Shown one piece after another: positions 24,190-36,115 of a DNA stretch of 64,000 bases (positions are counted from its first letter, which is position 1; every line of letters starts with the position of its first letter). The stretch comes from Asterias rubens (taxonomy: Eukaryota): the NCBI RefSeq assembly GCF_902459465.1, contig NC_047062.1, positions 26,102,001-26,166,000 of the forward strand. Reading direction: 5' to 3'. Below the pieces are notes generated by a model, which was not told the origin of the DNA, did no database searches, and saw only the letters and a list, made by a program, of their open reading frames with translations. The translations under genes were made by a program, and so were the position numbers.

Positions 24190-25128
24190 CTTCAATAAAA
24201 CAATACAATGTTTGTATCACACCTAAAAAGTATGTTTTGCCCTATCTTGATAAAAAAAACACATTTTAAGGGGGATGAAATAGCTTAAACTAAATTAGAT
24301 TGGTTTAAAAAAGTTGGTTTTGACAGCAGCCTAAATGAGTCCAGTGTAGTTGAGGCATGGATGTGGACGGGAAGGTTATTTCATCAGAGAGTGGGTGTGA
24401 CAATTGATGAGGAGGCGCATTTTCTGTAGCTAGTGCGGGGGATATGACCAGAGTTGAATTCCAGGTGGGCAGTAAATGATGATCGGAGAACACGAGACGT
24501 AGGTTGCTTCATGTGAATAAGTCATTCTGAGATACATTTAGGGGCCAGACCATGTTTAACTTTGTATGCAAAAGTAAGAACTTAAAATCGGATCCTTTTA
24601 GACACCAAGGAGCCAGTGTAAGGAGCGCAGAAGGGGAGTGATGTGATCTGATTTCTGTGATCTGATGTGATGTGATCTGTGCGAGACACTGAGTTCTGTA
24701 TTAATGGAGGGGAGCAATGTTGGATTGATGTAGAGACTGTTGCAGTGATCGAGGTAAAACAAAGTAGTGAAAGCATGAACCAGTCGTTCAGTGGTACTTT
24801 GTTCTAAGTAGCGTCTAAGCTTTCCGATCTTGTGGATTCCAACAGGCAGCGGAACGACATGTGTTCTTGGTGAGTTTGTGTAGGGTTAAATGGTGATCAA
24901 GGGTGACTCCGAGATCTCTAACGGTCTAAATTGTTTGATATTTTTTATATTAGCATGGATTACATATACAAAATATGCTTTGAACTTATAACAGCTTATA
25001 ACCGTTAACTTCATGTAAGATCCAGAAAATGTTATTCTTGAGCGTCAAGAAATGTCTATAGTGATGTGTTTTATAAGAATTACTAATTTGACATGTTTAT
25101 ATAGCATAATGCCGAGTTTTAACGTTAC

Positions 25129-25267
25129 CTCGGCATCCAAGAACTTCAAATGCAAAGTAAGGATAAGAATTAGTCCAAGTCAGTGTCATTATTCGAAGGA
25201 ATCTGGTCCTCAATATCTCAGGGAAGGTGACAGTTACTCGTTCACCATCAGCGACATTCCCGTTAAA
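25129..25267 (-). CDS. Gene B exon 5: C-terminal part of FA58C domain
   Basis: ctcttttag|TTT...CGAG|gtaacg; 139 nt; FNGNVADGERVTVTFPEILRTRFLRIMTLTWTNSYPYFAFEVLGCR. Confidence 0.92.
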
Positions 25268-25329
25268 CTAAAAGAGAAAAACAGTAATTTTTCGTTTGAA
25301 GGTTAATTTGTAATAAATAATATATTGAT

Positions 25330-25520
25330 ATTATAGTACCCAGTGACACCCATGGCGCTTCAACATTCCCCATCACTTGCCCATGTCAGCTCCCTTGGGA
25401 TTGTATAGCCTGTGCTGCCACATAGCGCACCAAGCTAAATCGATCCCTGCCCTTATCATGGTATCCGTTTACCCGTTGAAGAGAGAATCAATTAAATAAG
25501 AGTGTCTTGAGCAAGTAAAC
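25330..25520 (-). mobile_element. Probable SINE body/3' fragment
   Basis: ctcaagacac...gcagcac...cccaagggagctga...gaagcgcc resembles deuterostome SINE core/tail segments; recalled similarity only. Confidence 0.35.
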
Positions 25521-26025
25521 AAGTGTTAACTTTGATCTTACCATTAACAGGGTTATTTTACGTGCAGGCGTTTTTGTTGAATATTATTATTATAATAAAA
25601 ATTGTACAATATTTAACAATTGTGTCAATTTGGCTAAAACAAACATTGTATGATAGTAAACAAAACAAAAAACAAAAACATCATACAAACACGTTTTTGG
25701 AAACGTTATTGATGTTATAATTGATGTTAAATTTGCATCGGGGATAAAGGGGGAAACAAATATATATATATATTATTGTTGTTGTTGAAAATAAATATTA
25801 AAAAATGTAGACAATCCATGTAGACCGGTCTCCAGTCCAGAGAATTGATATTTGTATAAATCCAATTATTATGTCTAATTGCCCAGTCCCTCGGAAAAGA
25901 GATATCTGTATAAACCAAACCCTCCGAACCAGTCAACACTCGCAAATTACAAAGGTACCTAAATCAAACACTAGCGTCGCTAATCAAGACTAGGGAGCTC
26001 CTAGATACAAGAGATGGTATCTGAC

Positions 26026-26237
26026 CTGTACGGTTTCTCCGTCTGCATTCTCCAAGTCATGCCAGCTTTCAGATTCTCCCGTTGAACTGTACTTAACGCT
26101 GAAGGTTTCCATGTAGTATGATGAATGACCCTGTACAATCAGTCCAGTAACGACTGGGCCTGGTAGTCCAAGATCAACTTGAATCCAAGAGTCTGCTGCA
26201 TCCTCTGCAGTTGGTATCCATTTGGTATAGCTGCTTC
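26026..26237 (-). CDS. Gene B exon 4: central part of FA58C domain
   Basis: tttttatacacag|GA...CAG|gtcaga; 212 nt; SSYTKWIPTAEDAADSWIQVDLGLPGPVVTGLIVQGHSSYYMETFSVKYSSTGESESWHDLENADGETVQ. Confidence 0.92.
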
Positions 26238-26496
26238 CTGTGTATAAAAACAAACGTCACTGATGAATGCTATTCTTTAGCAGAACTTAGAATCAATCCC
26301 TTATCCATTCCAATAAATTGTTATTTTCAAAGTTGATCATCACTTCCTACAAATGGTATATTTCGATTATTTCGTCGCAAACATATAGGGGTTATAATTA
26401 ATGAAACACTTCCCTGAGGCCACTTCCATTATTACCTAGTAGTTTAATTGCTATAATATGGACTCCATGGTCAGTGTGCTTCTTTTTGTGCTATAT

Positions 26497-27097
26497 TTTT
26501 TCACGTTTAGCAAATGCTCCTCTGGGTTCGTCACGTCTTTCAGATACCTTCTTCGACTTCCAACTAGCTGGACAAATTGTTGGGACGGCGTCGTGTTTAA
26601 GAATGGCTCTTCTCGTCATGTCAAATGAGTGGTGTATCCCGGATTCGAAGCACGACGGCTCGAAGTGTTTCGCTGCATAGCGCTGAAAAAGACGTCGGAC
26701 CGGACCACTTTGCTCTAATTAATCTGACTTTCGCAGCCCACAACCGCCTATACTTGGGATCTGCAGGAAACAGATGAAGACTGACCCCATCTTTAGTTGT
26801 TTTGCTGCATCCAGCAGCAATACACCTGGTCGGCATTGCCGGAAAAATGCCAGAAAAAAACCTTTTTCGCAGCGTACAAACTCACGTCTTAGAATTACAT
26901 GTACTTTTGCACGTGTTTTTATCTACGCATCGAGGGGGCCTACGTCACAAAAGGGGTAGGCGGAGTCAACCCCCCAGCACTTAATTAATTTTTTTTACAT
27001 ATAAATCATGACAAACAATTGCTTACAAAATTGTTTTATTGTTAATAAACATATACTCTTATGTTTAAAAGAAAAGAAATCCTATTTCCAGGTGCCT
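26497..27097 (-). mobile_element. 5' fragment of THAP-domain DNA transposon (Kolobok-like), frameshifted
   Basis: MPTRCIAAGCSK...SLHLFPADPKYRRLW...W.GPT...LCSE then +1 frameshift to HFEPSCF...LKHDAVPTI = C2CH THAP motif; terminus AGGCACCTGGAAATAGG at 27097 next to a near-TTAA site; absent from the paralogous gene A intron. Confidence 0.8.
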
Positions 27098-27422
27098 CTA
27101 AATAAGCTTTTTGTATTCCTTTTAATTTGAATGTACATTGTTTTGTGTTTCAGCCAGTAGGCTGCATGCAATAAGCAGTTTTTTAATTAAAACCACAATT
27201 TTTATAATAATAATAATAATAATTGTATGTCTAGACACTCTTCCTTAGTTCGTAGCAAACACAAAAAACTCACAAAAATTTCTGACACAAAGATACATAA
27301 GGACTGCTATCCATGGAACCATCAACTTGAACCAGGAGGGATAAAGTGAGTAGATAAGACTAGTATGTGGATCAGGTCAGCAAGTTCTGCCTGCAGTTAA
27401 ACGGAAATGGAGTATGACTTGC

Positions 27423-27542
27423 CTTCATTGAGTCGAGCTTGTGGAGGTAAATATGTCGCCGAATGAGATGATGATGCAGTAATACTCCCATCAGGGATCG
27501 CCCCACTCTCCATTCCCAACGGTCCAATGGTACATGCTGGTC
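27423..27542 (-). CDS. Gene B exon 3: N-terminal part of FA58C domain (GC donor)
   Basis: cttatttcag|GA...GAAG|gcaagt; 120 nt; GPACTIGPLGMESGAIPDGSITASSSHSATYLPPQARLNE. Confidence 0.92.
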
Positions 27543-27900
27543 CTGAAATAAGTCAATAAAACAATCATTTCATCAAATCTAAAATCAAGATCTTCTGTTT
27601 CCAATTATGATACAGTATGGAGGATGAACATAAATAAAACTGCAGCTTTGTAGTAAAGTTGATGGTTGTCATTTGTGCTCATAACAGGCTTGAATGTTTT
27701 GTGCTCAAGCAGGGTATAGTACACAGTCCACTAAAGTCGCAATTGGGGCTGACTACTTTACAAGCAATTCAATTAAATGGTGTTTACTGACAATTTATTA
27801 AATTTTTAATCCCGTTTAATAATTATTTAGTTTAAACTTATAAGATAAACACCAGTTTTGCAAGAAGGGAGGTATATTTAGACTGCATTTTAATGTTCAC

Positions 27901-27957
27901 CGTCTGAATATGATCCCGGGGTTTCCTGGTTGCTGATTGGATGGGCCAGACAAAGTC
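27901..27957 (-). CDS. Gene B exon 2
   Basis: ttgttgcag|GA...GACG|gtgaac; 57 nt; GLCLAHPISNQETPGSYSD. Confidence 0.85.
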
Positions 27958-28297
27958 CTGCAACAAGAAACAAAAATAGATTTTCACTTCCATGTTTATA
28001 AAAATATTTGAGATTGTGTGTAAAACCCTGCAGCGTGGGCCGGTGTCAGCACATAGTGACATATTTTAATATTCCATTGCCTTAAAAACCACATCGTATA
28101 CATTGTCAGCTCATTATGCCACGATATCCTAAGTTGGACCATGCCACGTGTCCTAGAGGGGATGTCAATCAACAAGGGGGTTAGTCAGCTAAGGAAAGGA
28201 GGGGACGGGACAAAACTCTGCCAGCATACTTTGTGTAAATGGTATGCCAGATGAAACCGACTTGAGCTTATTTAACCAAGGCCATTCATGTAAATCA

Positions 28298-28555
28298 NNN
28301 NNNNNNNNNNNNNNNNNNNNNNNNNNNNNNNNNNNNNNNNNNNNNNNNNNNNNNNNNNNNNNNNNNNNNNNNNNNNNNNNNNNNNNNNNNNNNNNNNNNN
28401 NNNNNNNNNNNNNNNNNNNNNNNNNNNNNNNNNNNNNNNNNNNNNNNNNNNNNNNNNNNNNNNNNNNNNNNNNNNNNNNNNNNNNNNNNNNNNNNNNNNN
28501 NNNNNNNNNNNNNNNNNNNNNNNNNNNNNNNNNNNNNNNNNNNNNNNNNNNNNNN
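28298..28555. other. Assembly gap or masked run (258 N)
   Basis: Run of N. Confidence 1.
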
Positions 28556-28686
28556 ATGGGGGTATCAACCCCTCGGTAAAGTGAACGCTCAGTTTTGTTC
28601 AAAAAGTGTAAAAGGGGGGCATTTCATACATTGCACATAATCATATGCACCCTCTATGCATTATTTACTTATTTGTATAAGTATTT

Positions 28687-28881
28687 NNNNNNNNNNNNNN
28701 NNNNNNNNNNNNNNNNNNNNNNNNNNNNNNNNNNNNNNNNNNNNNNNNNNNNNNNNNNNNNNNNNNNNNNNNNNNNNNNNNNNNNNNNNNNNNNNNNNNN
28801 NNNNNNNNNNNNNNNNNNNNNNNNNNNNNNNNNNNNNNNNNNNNNNNNNNNNNNNNNNNNNNNNNNNNNNNNNNNNNNNNN
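28687..28881. other. Assembly gap or masked run (195 N) hiding the LINE 3' junction
   Basis: Run of N directly abutting the LINE 3' UTR. Confidence 1.
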
Positions 28882-29061
28882 TCAAAGCAAACACAAAATA
28901 TACAGAATTTACAAAAAACATAGAAACTAAAAAGTTACGTTAATAATAGACAATAAATAACTGTGACAAAAAAGATCAGTAGCTGGGATTGAAATAACGC
29001 CCAAATTAACACTTAAGCAAATACATTAGCATGGCATGGTAAACAAGGAATAGAAACAGAA

Positions 29062-32000
29062 TTACAGAGTCCATTCAATGGCATTATCAGTGATCTTGAA
29101 CATGTTGCAGAGACCCCATTTCTTGAGGAAGAGGGGAACATTGTTCTGGAGCTGGTAGTAGCGGTACTCTATTATGATTTTAATTTTGATACGGTGTTTC
29201 CAGGTGTGAAGGCAGTCTTTGAGATTGGAGTGTACATATTAACCAGTAAACACTAGCTTTAAAGCTAACAATTAAATAATTGGCTAAATCAACGTTTTCT
29301 CTCGGTCGGCCCCTGCTGTGGTGGATGAGGCACCAGTATGTTTCGAAAGTTAGTGTCATTGTGGGAAGTAGTTGTGTGATGCATCGATGCAGAAGGTTGA
29401 GTGCTGGTTGAATTGATGGACAGTGGAAGAAGAGATGTAGCAGAGTTCCTTTTTCTGATGGTCCACACCAGCCGCACGTTTTTGGTAGACTTCGGTCGAT
29501 GTAATGGAGAACTTCCTGCGAGGGTAGAATTTTATGCAGTAACCGGTACTGTACATCACCCTCTTTCTTGGAGATGGGTGATTTGTAAACATTTTTCCAC
29601 GGTATTGTAGTGTTCATTTGCAGGATGTCCCTGTGCCAAGGGGTTCGGGGGTTGTCCGGCAGAGTATTGAGTTCGTTGTTGAAGACTGTGTACAGGTGTT
29701 TGGAGGGAAAGTTGGATTCACTTTTGATGTCGTTAATTTTGATGTCAGGTGTTGGAAAGTTCAAGTGGGGAAAAGACTCAGTTCCTTCGTCAGGAGTCGT
29801 TGTAGCACCCCTTTTGTCGAAGAGTTTGGGGAAGAGATCTCGTAAGGTTTGTCTTATGTGTGACAATTCTGTTGCAAGTGTTCTTGAAGAAAGCGGGCGT
29901 AGTCCCATCCGATGCTGTTTTTGAACGTCTTCAGCTGAGATCCACTTTCCGTTCTTGTCGAGTAGTTGACTGATTAGTGTGACACCACATGAAAGGAGCC
30001 GACCAGAGAGAAGTTTTTTGTTACCATGGCTACATAAAATCAAACTATTAATAGGCATATTCACAACATAATTAACAGAGGCAGGTGGTACGCTCGTGGT
30101 GGCTTTCGATGTGATCCAAGCTTTGAGAATTTCTGCTTGGAAAACGGGGAGACTGGTAAGATATTTCACTTCAAGATTGGTATAAAAGAGTTGAAAATCG
30201 TGACCTAGATTACGATACATGTGACAATAGTGGATAAGAAAATAAAAGGCAGGGTGTTTATTTTTACAAAACAAACGCTGAAGAACAGAAAATCTATAAG
30301 TCATCACACGGGATTTAAGACAGACAAGACCAAGTCCCCCTTTCAATGGGGACTGGAAAAGCACTTTTCTATTGAGCATATGACGTTTTTGAGACCAAAC
30401 AAAATTGATGAGAGTTTCCTGGAGTTCATCTAAAACTTGTTCTGGTAGAGGGAGAACAGCGAGAAAATGCAGCAATTTCGAGGCAGCTATCTGATTGGCT
30501 ATAATGATTTTGCCTTTGAAAGACATGGTCCTTGCTAGACCACTCCACCTCGAAAGAGCGTTATTCAGTTTTTCTTTGCACAATTTCCAGTTTTTTTGTC
30601 TAGAAGTTTCTGTGTTTCCCAGATGAACTCCAAGGAATCTGACATCACTGTTGTTCCAGAGAAAATTGAGTGGTTGGTCTTGTCTGTCTATCCATGCTCC
30701 GACCCACAACCCTTTACATTTATTAACATTAAGACAAGCAGATGATGCCCGACTGTAAATAGTGTAAATATCATTCAATACTTGAAATGCTTTGTTGGAT
30801 GAAACAAAAACTGTGACGTCATCTGCATAAGCAGAAACAGTCAGGATCCTGTCGGAACCCGGAAGTGACATACCATAATTTTGTAAGTTACGTCTGATGG
30901 TATGAAGAAGGGGTTCGATAGCAATGGAATATAACAACCCTGAGAGGGGGCATCCTTGACGAATACCTCTCTCAAATGGGAGTGGGGCTGTTAGCGTGGA
31001 CTGGACTTTGACTGTGCTTTGGACATCCGTGTAAAGAAGACGGATGAGGGAAACAAAGTGCTCACCAAAACCCATTGTTTGCAGCGTCTTAAGTAAGTAG
31101 TCATGGTCAATGCTATCGAACGCCTTCTTTTGGTCCAAATTACACAAGGCGAGAGGCAGGTCAGAATGGTTGGCGTACATGATGCTGTCTCTTATGACAT
31201 TGATGTTGTCATAAATGGGGCGCTCTGGAACTGCATAACATTGATCGAGGTGAACGACGTCGCCGATGACATTTTTCAGCCTGTTGGCCAAAGCTTTGGC
31301 GAGAATTTTATAGTCAGTGTTGAGGAGGGAGACTGGTCTCCAGTTGGAGATTTCCTGAAGGTCCCCCTGCTTGGGCAGGAGAGTAATGACAGCTCTCATG
31401 CACGTTGTGGGAAGGGTGAGGCCATCTAGACCAGGGGTTTTATTTTTATTGAGTTGTTTGACGGCTTGATCCAATTCTTCAATTGAGATTAGTAGATCAC
31501 ATGTTTCAGAATCGGCGGGATCAAGGGTGGGTATGTTCTTGAAAAGGTAATTCTTTGCAGTTTGGGAAGTGGGAACATGAGAATAGAGGTCTTTGTAAAA
31601 GGAATGGACATGCTGGCGTATTTCACTCGGATCTTCTGTGACAATGCCATTGCTTAATCGCTTTCCGTGGTGAGTATTTGCAGAGGAGTTTTGTTTTTCC
31701 AGATTGAAAAAGAACGTTGAGCATGAGTCACCCTCGCTTTCGAGTTGAAAGCGCGAGCGAACTATGGCTCCTTGAGCTTCCTGTTTGTAGATGTTATTGA
31801 GTGCATGTCTCTGATCGAGAAGGAATTCTTTCATATCTGGGCTGAGATCGGGGGAGGATTGAAGGTCATCAATGTCATTCTGGAGTTTTTGAATCAGAGC
31901 ACGTTTTTCATTGGCACATTTTGTACCATAGGTCTGAGTGATGTTTTTGATATGGGCTTTGCCCATGTCCCACCAAGTACAAATATCAGGGTAAGAGGGG

Positions 32001-32860
32001 AGTTTAGTTTGCCAATTAGTCCAGAACAGGGAGATGATGTGTTTGTAGTTTTCGTCTTGGAGGAGAGTGTTGTTAAAGTGCCAGTAGACGCTTCCCTTGG
32101 GACGATGTGAGCTAGATTTACAAGCAACACTGACTGCACTGTGATCTGACAGGCTGCAAGGGATTATGTTGCATTTAGAAACAGTGGAAGCCAAATGCGA
32201 AGGTAGGTATATGCGATCAAGCCTCGCTTTCGACATAGTTATATTGTTGTTACGGAGCCAGGTGTATTTCCTTTGTTCTGGGTTATGTTCTCGCCAAATA
32301 TCGCAAAGAGTGTTTTTGTTGACCAGATTCGACAGGGTGGTGGCTATTTTGTGCCTTTTCTCGTGAGTGATAGCAAGGCGGTCAAGAGAGGGATTGTGGG
32401 TACAGTTAAAATCACCGTCTATAAGTATTTCACCTCGATCATGCTGTGCACAGTGGCGTTCCAGAGCTTCCAACATTTTTCCTGCCTCTACGTCTCCTTG
32501 TGGAACAAGTACATTATACAGATGATATTTATTAGAATCAAGTTCAATTTCAGTGTAAAGAGCGTAACTTTGATAAAGAACAGCATGACTAAAAAGCACA
32601 GATATATTATTTTTGACAAGAGTAGCCACGCCCGATCCCCTCGTTTTGCCTGGAGTACTATTGATTTGATGTTGCCAATGTTTCAACACAGTTGAGGAGG
32701 TAGGTGAATCATTGACTTCTTGTAAGAAGACTACGTCAGGGTTAAAACAAGACTGTTTAATGAACTCATGGAATGAGGTATTACGAGTCGGATTGGAGCA
32801 TCCTCCCGTGTTTATTGATACGAGAGAGAACGCCATACTGACTAACAGAAAATAGTTCAT
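29062..32860 (-). pseudogene. Tx1 ORF2 (endonuclease/reverse transcriptase)
   Basis: FLQE, GDFN, RLDRIY, SDH (APE); PGLDG, WRPVSLLNTDYKI, LDQKKAFD, GIRQGCPLS, YADD (RT); CGWC...HLFFHC. In-frame loss of ~27 aa between GLDGL and TLP (~31418) and a frameshift near 29220 (true C-terminus ...IEYRYY...FLKKW...EWTL* ends 29062). Confidence 0.92.
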
Positions 32861-32863
32861 CAG

Positions 32864-34464
32864 TCATTTTGGAATCAGGCGTGACACATCTTCTATGTCT
32901 AGACCTTTGACAAGTTTGCGGATTCTCATTTGCATATTTCTGTTTAGGAGGGGGGGGGAACTACGCAGGGGTTTCAGTTGTTTTACAAGCCCAGGGATGT
33001 CTCAATTGAACTTTTTGGCTGCGTGCTTTTACACATTTCAGAAAGGCTGTCATTTGTTTTTGCGAGAGGGGGCCTGTGGGGATGGACAAGTCTCCTTCTT
33101 TGCACTCCAACTCACTGGGTTGCGAGTTGGTTTCGGATAGGATGGATGCCGTGTCGTCTGTTTCGATGTCACTCATATCCACCCTCTCCTGTGTTGCATC
33201 TGGGGGTAGTTGAGATTGATGGGAGACGTCACTAGCGTTGTCGTCATCACCATCAAGAGCTTGAGTGAGGGATGGTGTGTCTGTGTGGTCATCATTTGGT
33301 GGTTTTAGTGTCTTTTTCGGAGGAGAGTCGGACTTCAGTTTGGTAAGTCTATGACTGGGTGGAGACGGGGTCTTCTTTTTCCGTTTTCTCAGGACTTCCG
33401 AGAACGTCTCCCTTGATGGTCTAGGAGATTGATCTGTAGCTTTTGGGATCGGAGTCACCAATGCTGGAGTAGTGGGTGGGTCTGGATTGGGTGAGTGGGT
33501 TGGTGGTTGGGAAGGGCTTGGGGAATTTTGGGGGTTAGGGTTGAGGGGGCGGGGTATGGGTGGGGTTTGAGAGGGCTTGGAGTGCGGTTTGGTTGAGGGT
33601 TGGGTTGGGGATGAGGTTTGGGTGGGGGATGGGGGTGAGGAGGGGGGTCGTACCCCAGCCTGCTTCGTTTTGAGCTTTTGGTTCTTCGTTGTCATTGGTA
33701 GCTTGGTTTTGACGGTTTCTAGCTGATTTCGGTGGGTGTTTTGGGTCAGATTTGCTTCGGTGCACGAAGGTTGGTTTGGGGTTGATGGGGTTTTTGTCCT
33801 GTGATCCGTCATCTTCGCTGTCGTCTGATGCTGCGGTTTTCTGTTTCTTGCAGTTTCTCCGTGTGTGTCCATGTTCCCCACAGGCAAAACATTTAACCAA
33901 AATCTGTGGAAAGGAAAACCCTGTAGTTTCCCCCTGCGTAAGCGATGTTAATATGACCAGGGATATTGATATTTGGCTCTATGAAAACATGCACTTGGTG
34001 GCGGAATGATAGAACATGAGCCAAGTTTTCCTTCATTCCAATGGGTATGGATCTGATGGGTGAAACAATGTTACAGAAATCGCTAATGTTTTCTTCTAAA
34101 ATATGGTCTGGAATTTCAGGATAAACATTGGAAAAGAACTAATCAAGTCGTTTGACGTACAAGCGGTGAAATATAAATCAAAGATAATATAAACCATACC
34201 TTGTGTAACAGCTTCTTCAGCGTGTTTTCTATCGTTAAAATACATGGCTACACGATTTCCTGCTATTCTGGATGCATAGAGGATCGTCTCGGGTGGTAGG
34301 GTTTTAGCCATTTCATTGACATAAGTTGAAATCGGAACATTCTCTCTCACATCAAAGACTATGCCATTGTTGCGGCTCATTTTAGAATGTTGACTATTGG
34401 TATACATGGAATGTCCATTGTCGGTCCGGGGCTGGTATGCCCTCGCTCTCCCACCCCGGCTCAT
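32864..34464 (-). pseudogene. Tx1 ORF1 (gag-like, zinc knuckle), fragmented
   Basis: YASRI...VAMYF, LSNVYPEIPD, HVLSFRHQV, CFACGEHGHTRRNC (CCHC), long P/S/T-rich tail; several frameshifts and a stop; TGA at 32864-32866 is 3 nt before the ORF2 ATG. Confidence 0.85.
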
Positions 34465-34680
34465 GGTGCCGTTGGGGTAGTGAGGGCGAGATCACCCGAT
34501 GCCACAACCAGAAATGCAAGAAAACTACACCAAAATATATAAGAAAAATCCCCAGGATAGTCCTGAGGGTTCTACAACATAATTACAATATATGGTAATA
34601 ATTACGATACATACAGTAGGTCCGAAGACGCTCAAAAACCAAAATTTAGCCAGCCACGATGTACGAGCCTACCACCAGTA

Positions 34681-34695
34681 GATTGATCGATTGAT

Positions 34696-34724
<29 letters not shown>
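34681..34724. repeat. (GATT)n microsatellite at the LINE 5' junction
   Basis: 11 units, two of them GATC. Confidence 0.98.
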
Positions 34725-34726
<2 letters not shown>

Positions 34727-34826
34727 CTTTTTTGACTTTTCAAAGCAAACACAAAATATACAGAATTTACAAAAACATAGAATCTAAAAAGTTACATTAA
34801 TATTATAATAGACAATAAATATCTGT
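34725..34826 (-). mobile_element. 102-bp 5'-truncated copy of the same Tx1 3' end
   Basis: Near-identical to 28882-28965, adds the terminal GAAAAAGTCAAAAAAGTC, flanked on both sides by (GATT)n (second tract 34827-34846). Confidence 0.9.
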
Positions 34827-35174
34827 GATTGATTGATTGATTGATTGACTGTTTTTTATTTTTTTTTATTTTTTTTTTATTTGAGTGTTCGTTTGTTTGT
34901 TTGTTTACGAATCAGGGAAGCCATTTATCATTGTTGCATAAAATATGACTGATGGGCGTTGTTTATAGTCTGGGTCTCTAAACATAAACAGGAGAGCTGT
35001 TCCAGCTACCTGGTCGGAGCTGGTTAGAGTATTAAATATTATATAATAATAATAACAACACAATGTTGTATGAAAACGAAAAGCGTTTCGGCTTGGCAAG
35101 TCCGGTGTAAGGTCCGATAACTCCAATGAATAAACAGCATCCTTCAAAATGTAAAAACAAAAAAAGGAGACCGC

Positions 35175-35270
35175 CACAAGGGCTAAGCAGCTCACAGTAG
35201 TGTGCCGGCACGTTAATCTGGACGTTATTGGTTCAAGTCCTGTTCTGGTCATTTGTTCTTTCTTCAACAC
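35175..35270 (+). mobile_element. tRNA-derived SINE head (degenerate)
   Basis: gctcacagtagtgtgccggcacgttaatctggacgttattggttcaagtcc with a B-box-like GGTTCAAGTCC; no intact cloverleaf. Confidence 0.55.
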
Positions 35271-35554
35271 TCAACAAAACATTGATTAAGAATGAGTGAG
35301 TGACTGGACAAGATTTTCACCCAAAGCGGGTAAAATAGCTTGTAATTTTTTCGGGAATTCAATGTTCATGTTACGACCAAGCCGAAACTGTCTTCTTTTA
35401 AAAGTTCAATCAAGTACAATTTTTATGAATTATTTTGTATTTGACAAGATTTATACTAATAATACTCAATGATCATGTTTGTTTTACACTAAGACTTGTT
35501 ATAACTGAGTCATATGTGGATAATACGCTGAAGTTGAATCAACAAAACACTCAC

Positions 35555-35609
35555 CGACTAGAAGTACACCCAGCAGCAGCATCGAACTAGCGAAGGCACT
35601 AGTAGACAT
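35555..35609 (-). CDS. Gene B exon 1: start codon and signal peptide
   Basis: ctcaccATG...GTCG|gtgagt; MSTSAFASSMLLLGVLLV(G). Confidence 0.85.
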
Positions 35610-36115
35610 GGTGAGATGGTTGTAGGTTCAAGAAATGACGGCACAATATTCTAGCACAATGCTCGGGCACGGTCCTACATAAAAATGACGGCACAAAATG
35701 CTATCTCAATGGACAGGCACGCTCCTCTGATCTGAAACCCGAAAATAAATGATGTTATATATACTCATGTCCAACATGTGTCAACAATCCAAGTTTATAA
35801 CTTGAATCCGGGTACCGGAATGACTGAAAATAACGGATCTATTTCTGTGAGACTGAAGTTACTGAAGTTCATAGTTTCTAGGTTGTTAAAAAAGAAGTTA
35901 CACTTGTATAGGCCGAATCAACTCTTTTTTTTAGCAGCCCCTGACAAGAGCTAATCATACTGTAAAAATTAACATTAATTTCAAACCATCCGATTCCTCA
36001 CCCCCTGTAAATACTACACGACTGTCATTGGTTACTGCAGCGTGCAGACCGTGTGAAAAGTTAACACCTCCTTTGTACTGTTGATTGATTTCATACTTTT
36101 CTTCAAAGCTATTAA

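Larger units (their letters stand above)
28882..34680 (-). mobile_element. Near full-length Tx1-clade (L1-like) non-LTR retrotransposon, disabled, in gene B intron 1
   Basis: 5' UTR, CCHC ORF1, ORF2 with APE endonuclease + RT + C-terminal Cys/His motif, AT-rich 3' UTR; 5' end abuts (GATT)n. Confidence 0.93.

Noticed and set aside
25052-25306. Plus-strand ORFs 2614-2808 and 25052-25306 as a conserved small protein
   Set aside because: They are the antisense of the FA58C exon 5 paralogs
28189-28943. ORFs containing long X runs
   Set aside because: Artefacts of translating N gaps
29289-33235. Many 60-140 aa ORFs overlapping the LINE on other frames or strand
   Set aside because: Shadow ORFs of ORF1/ORF2
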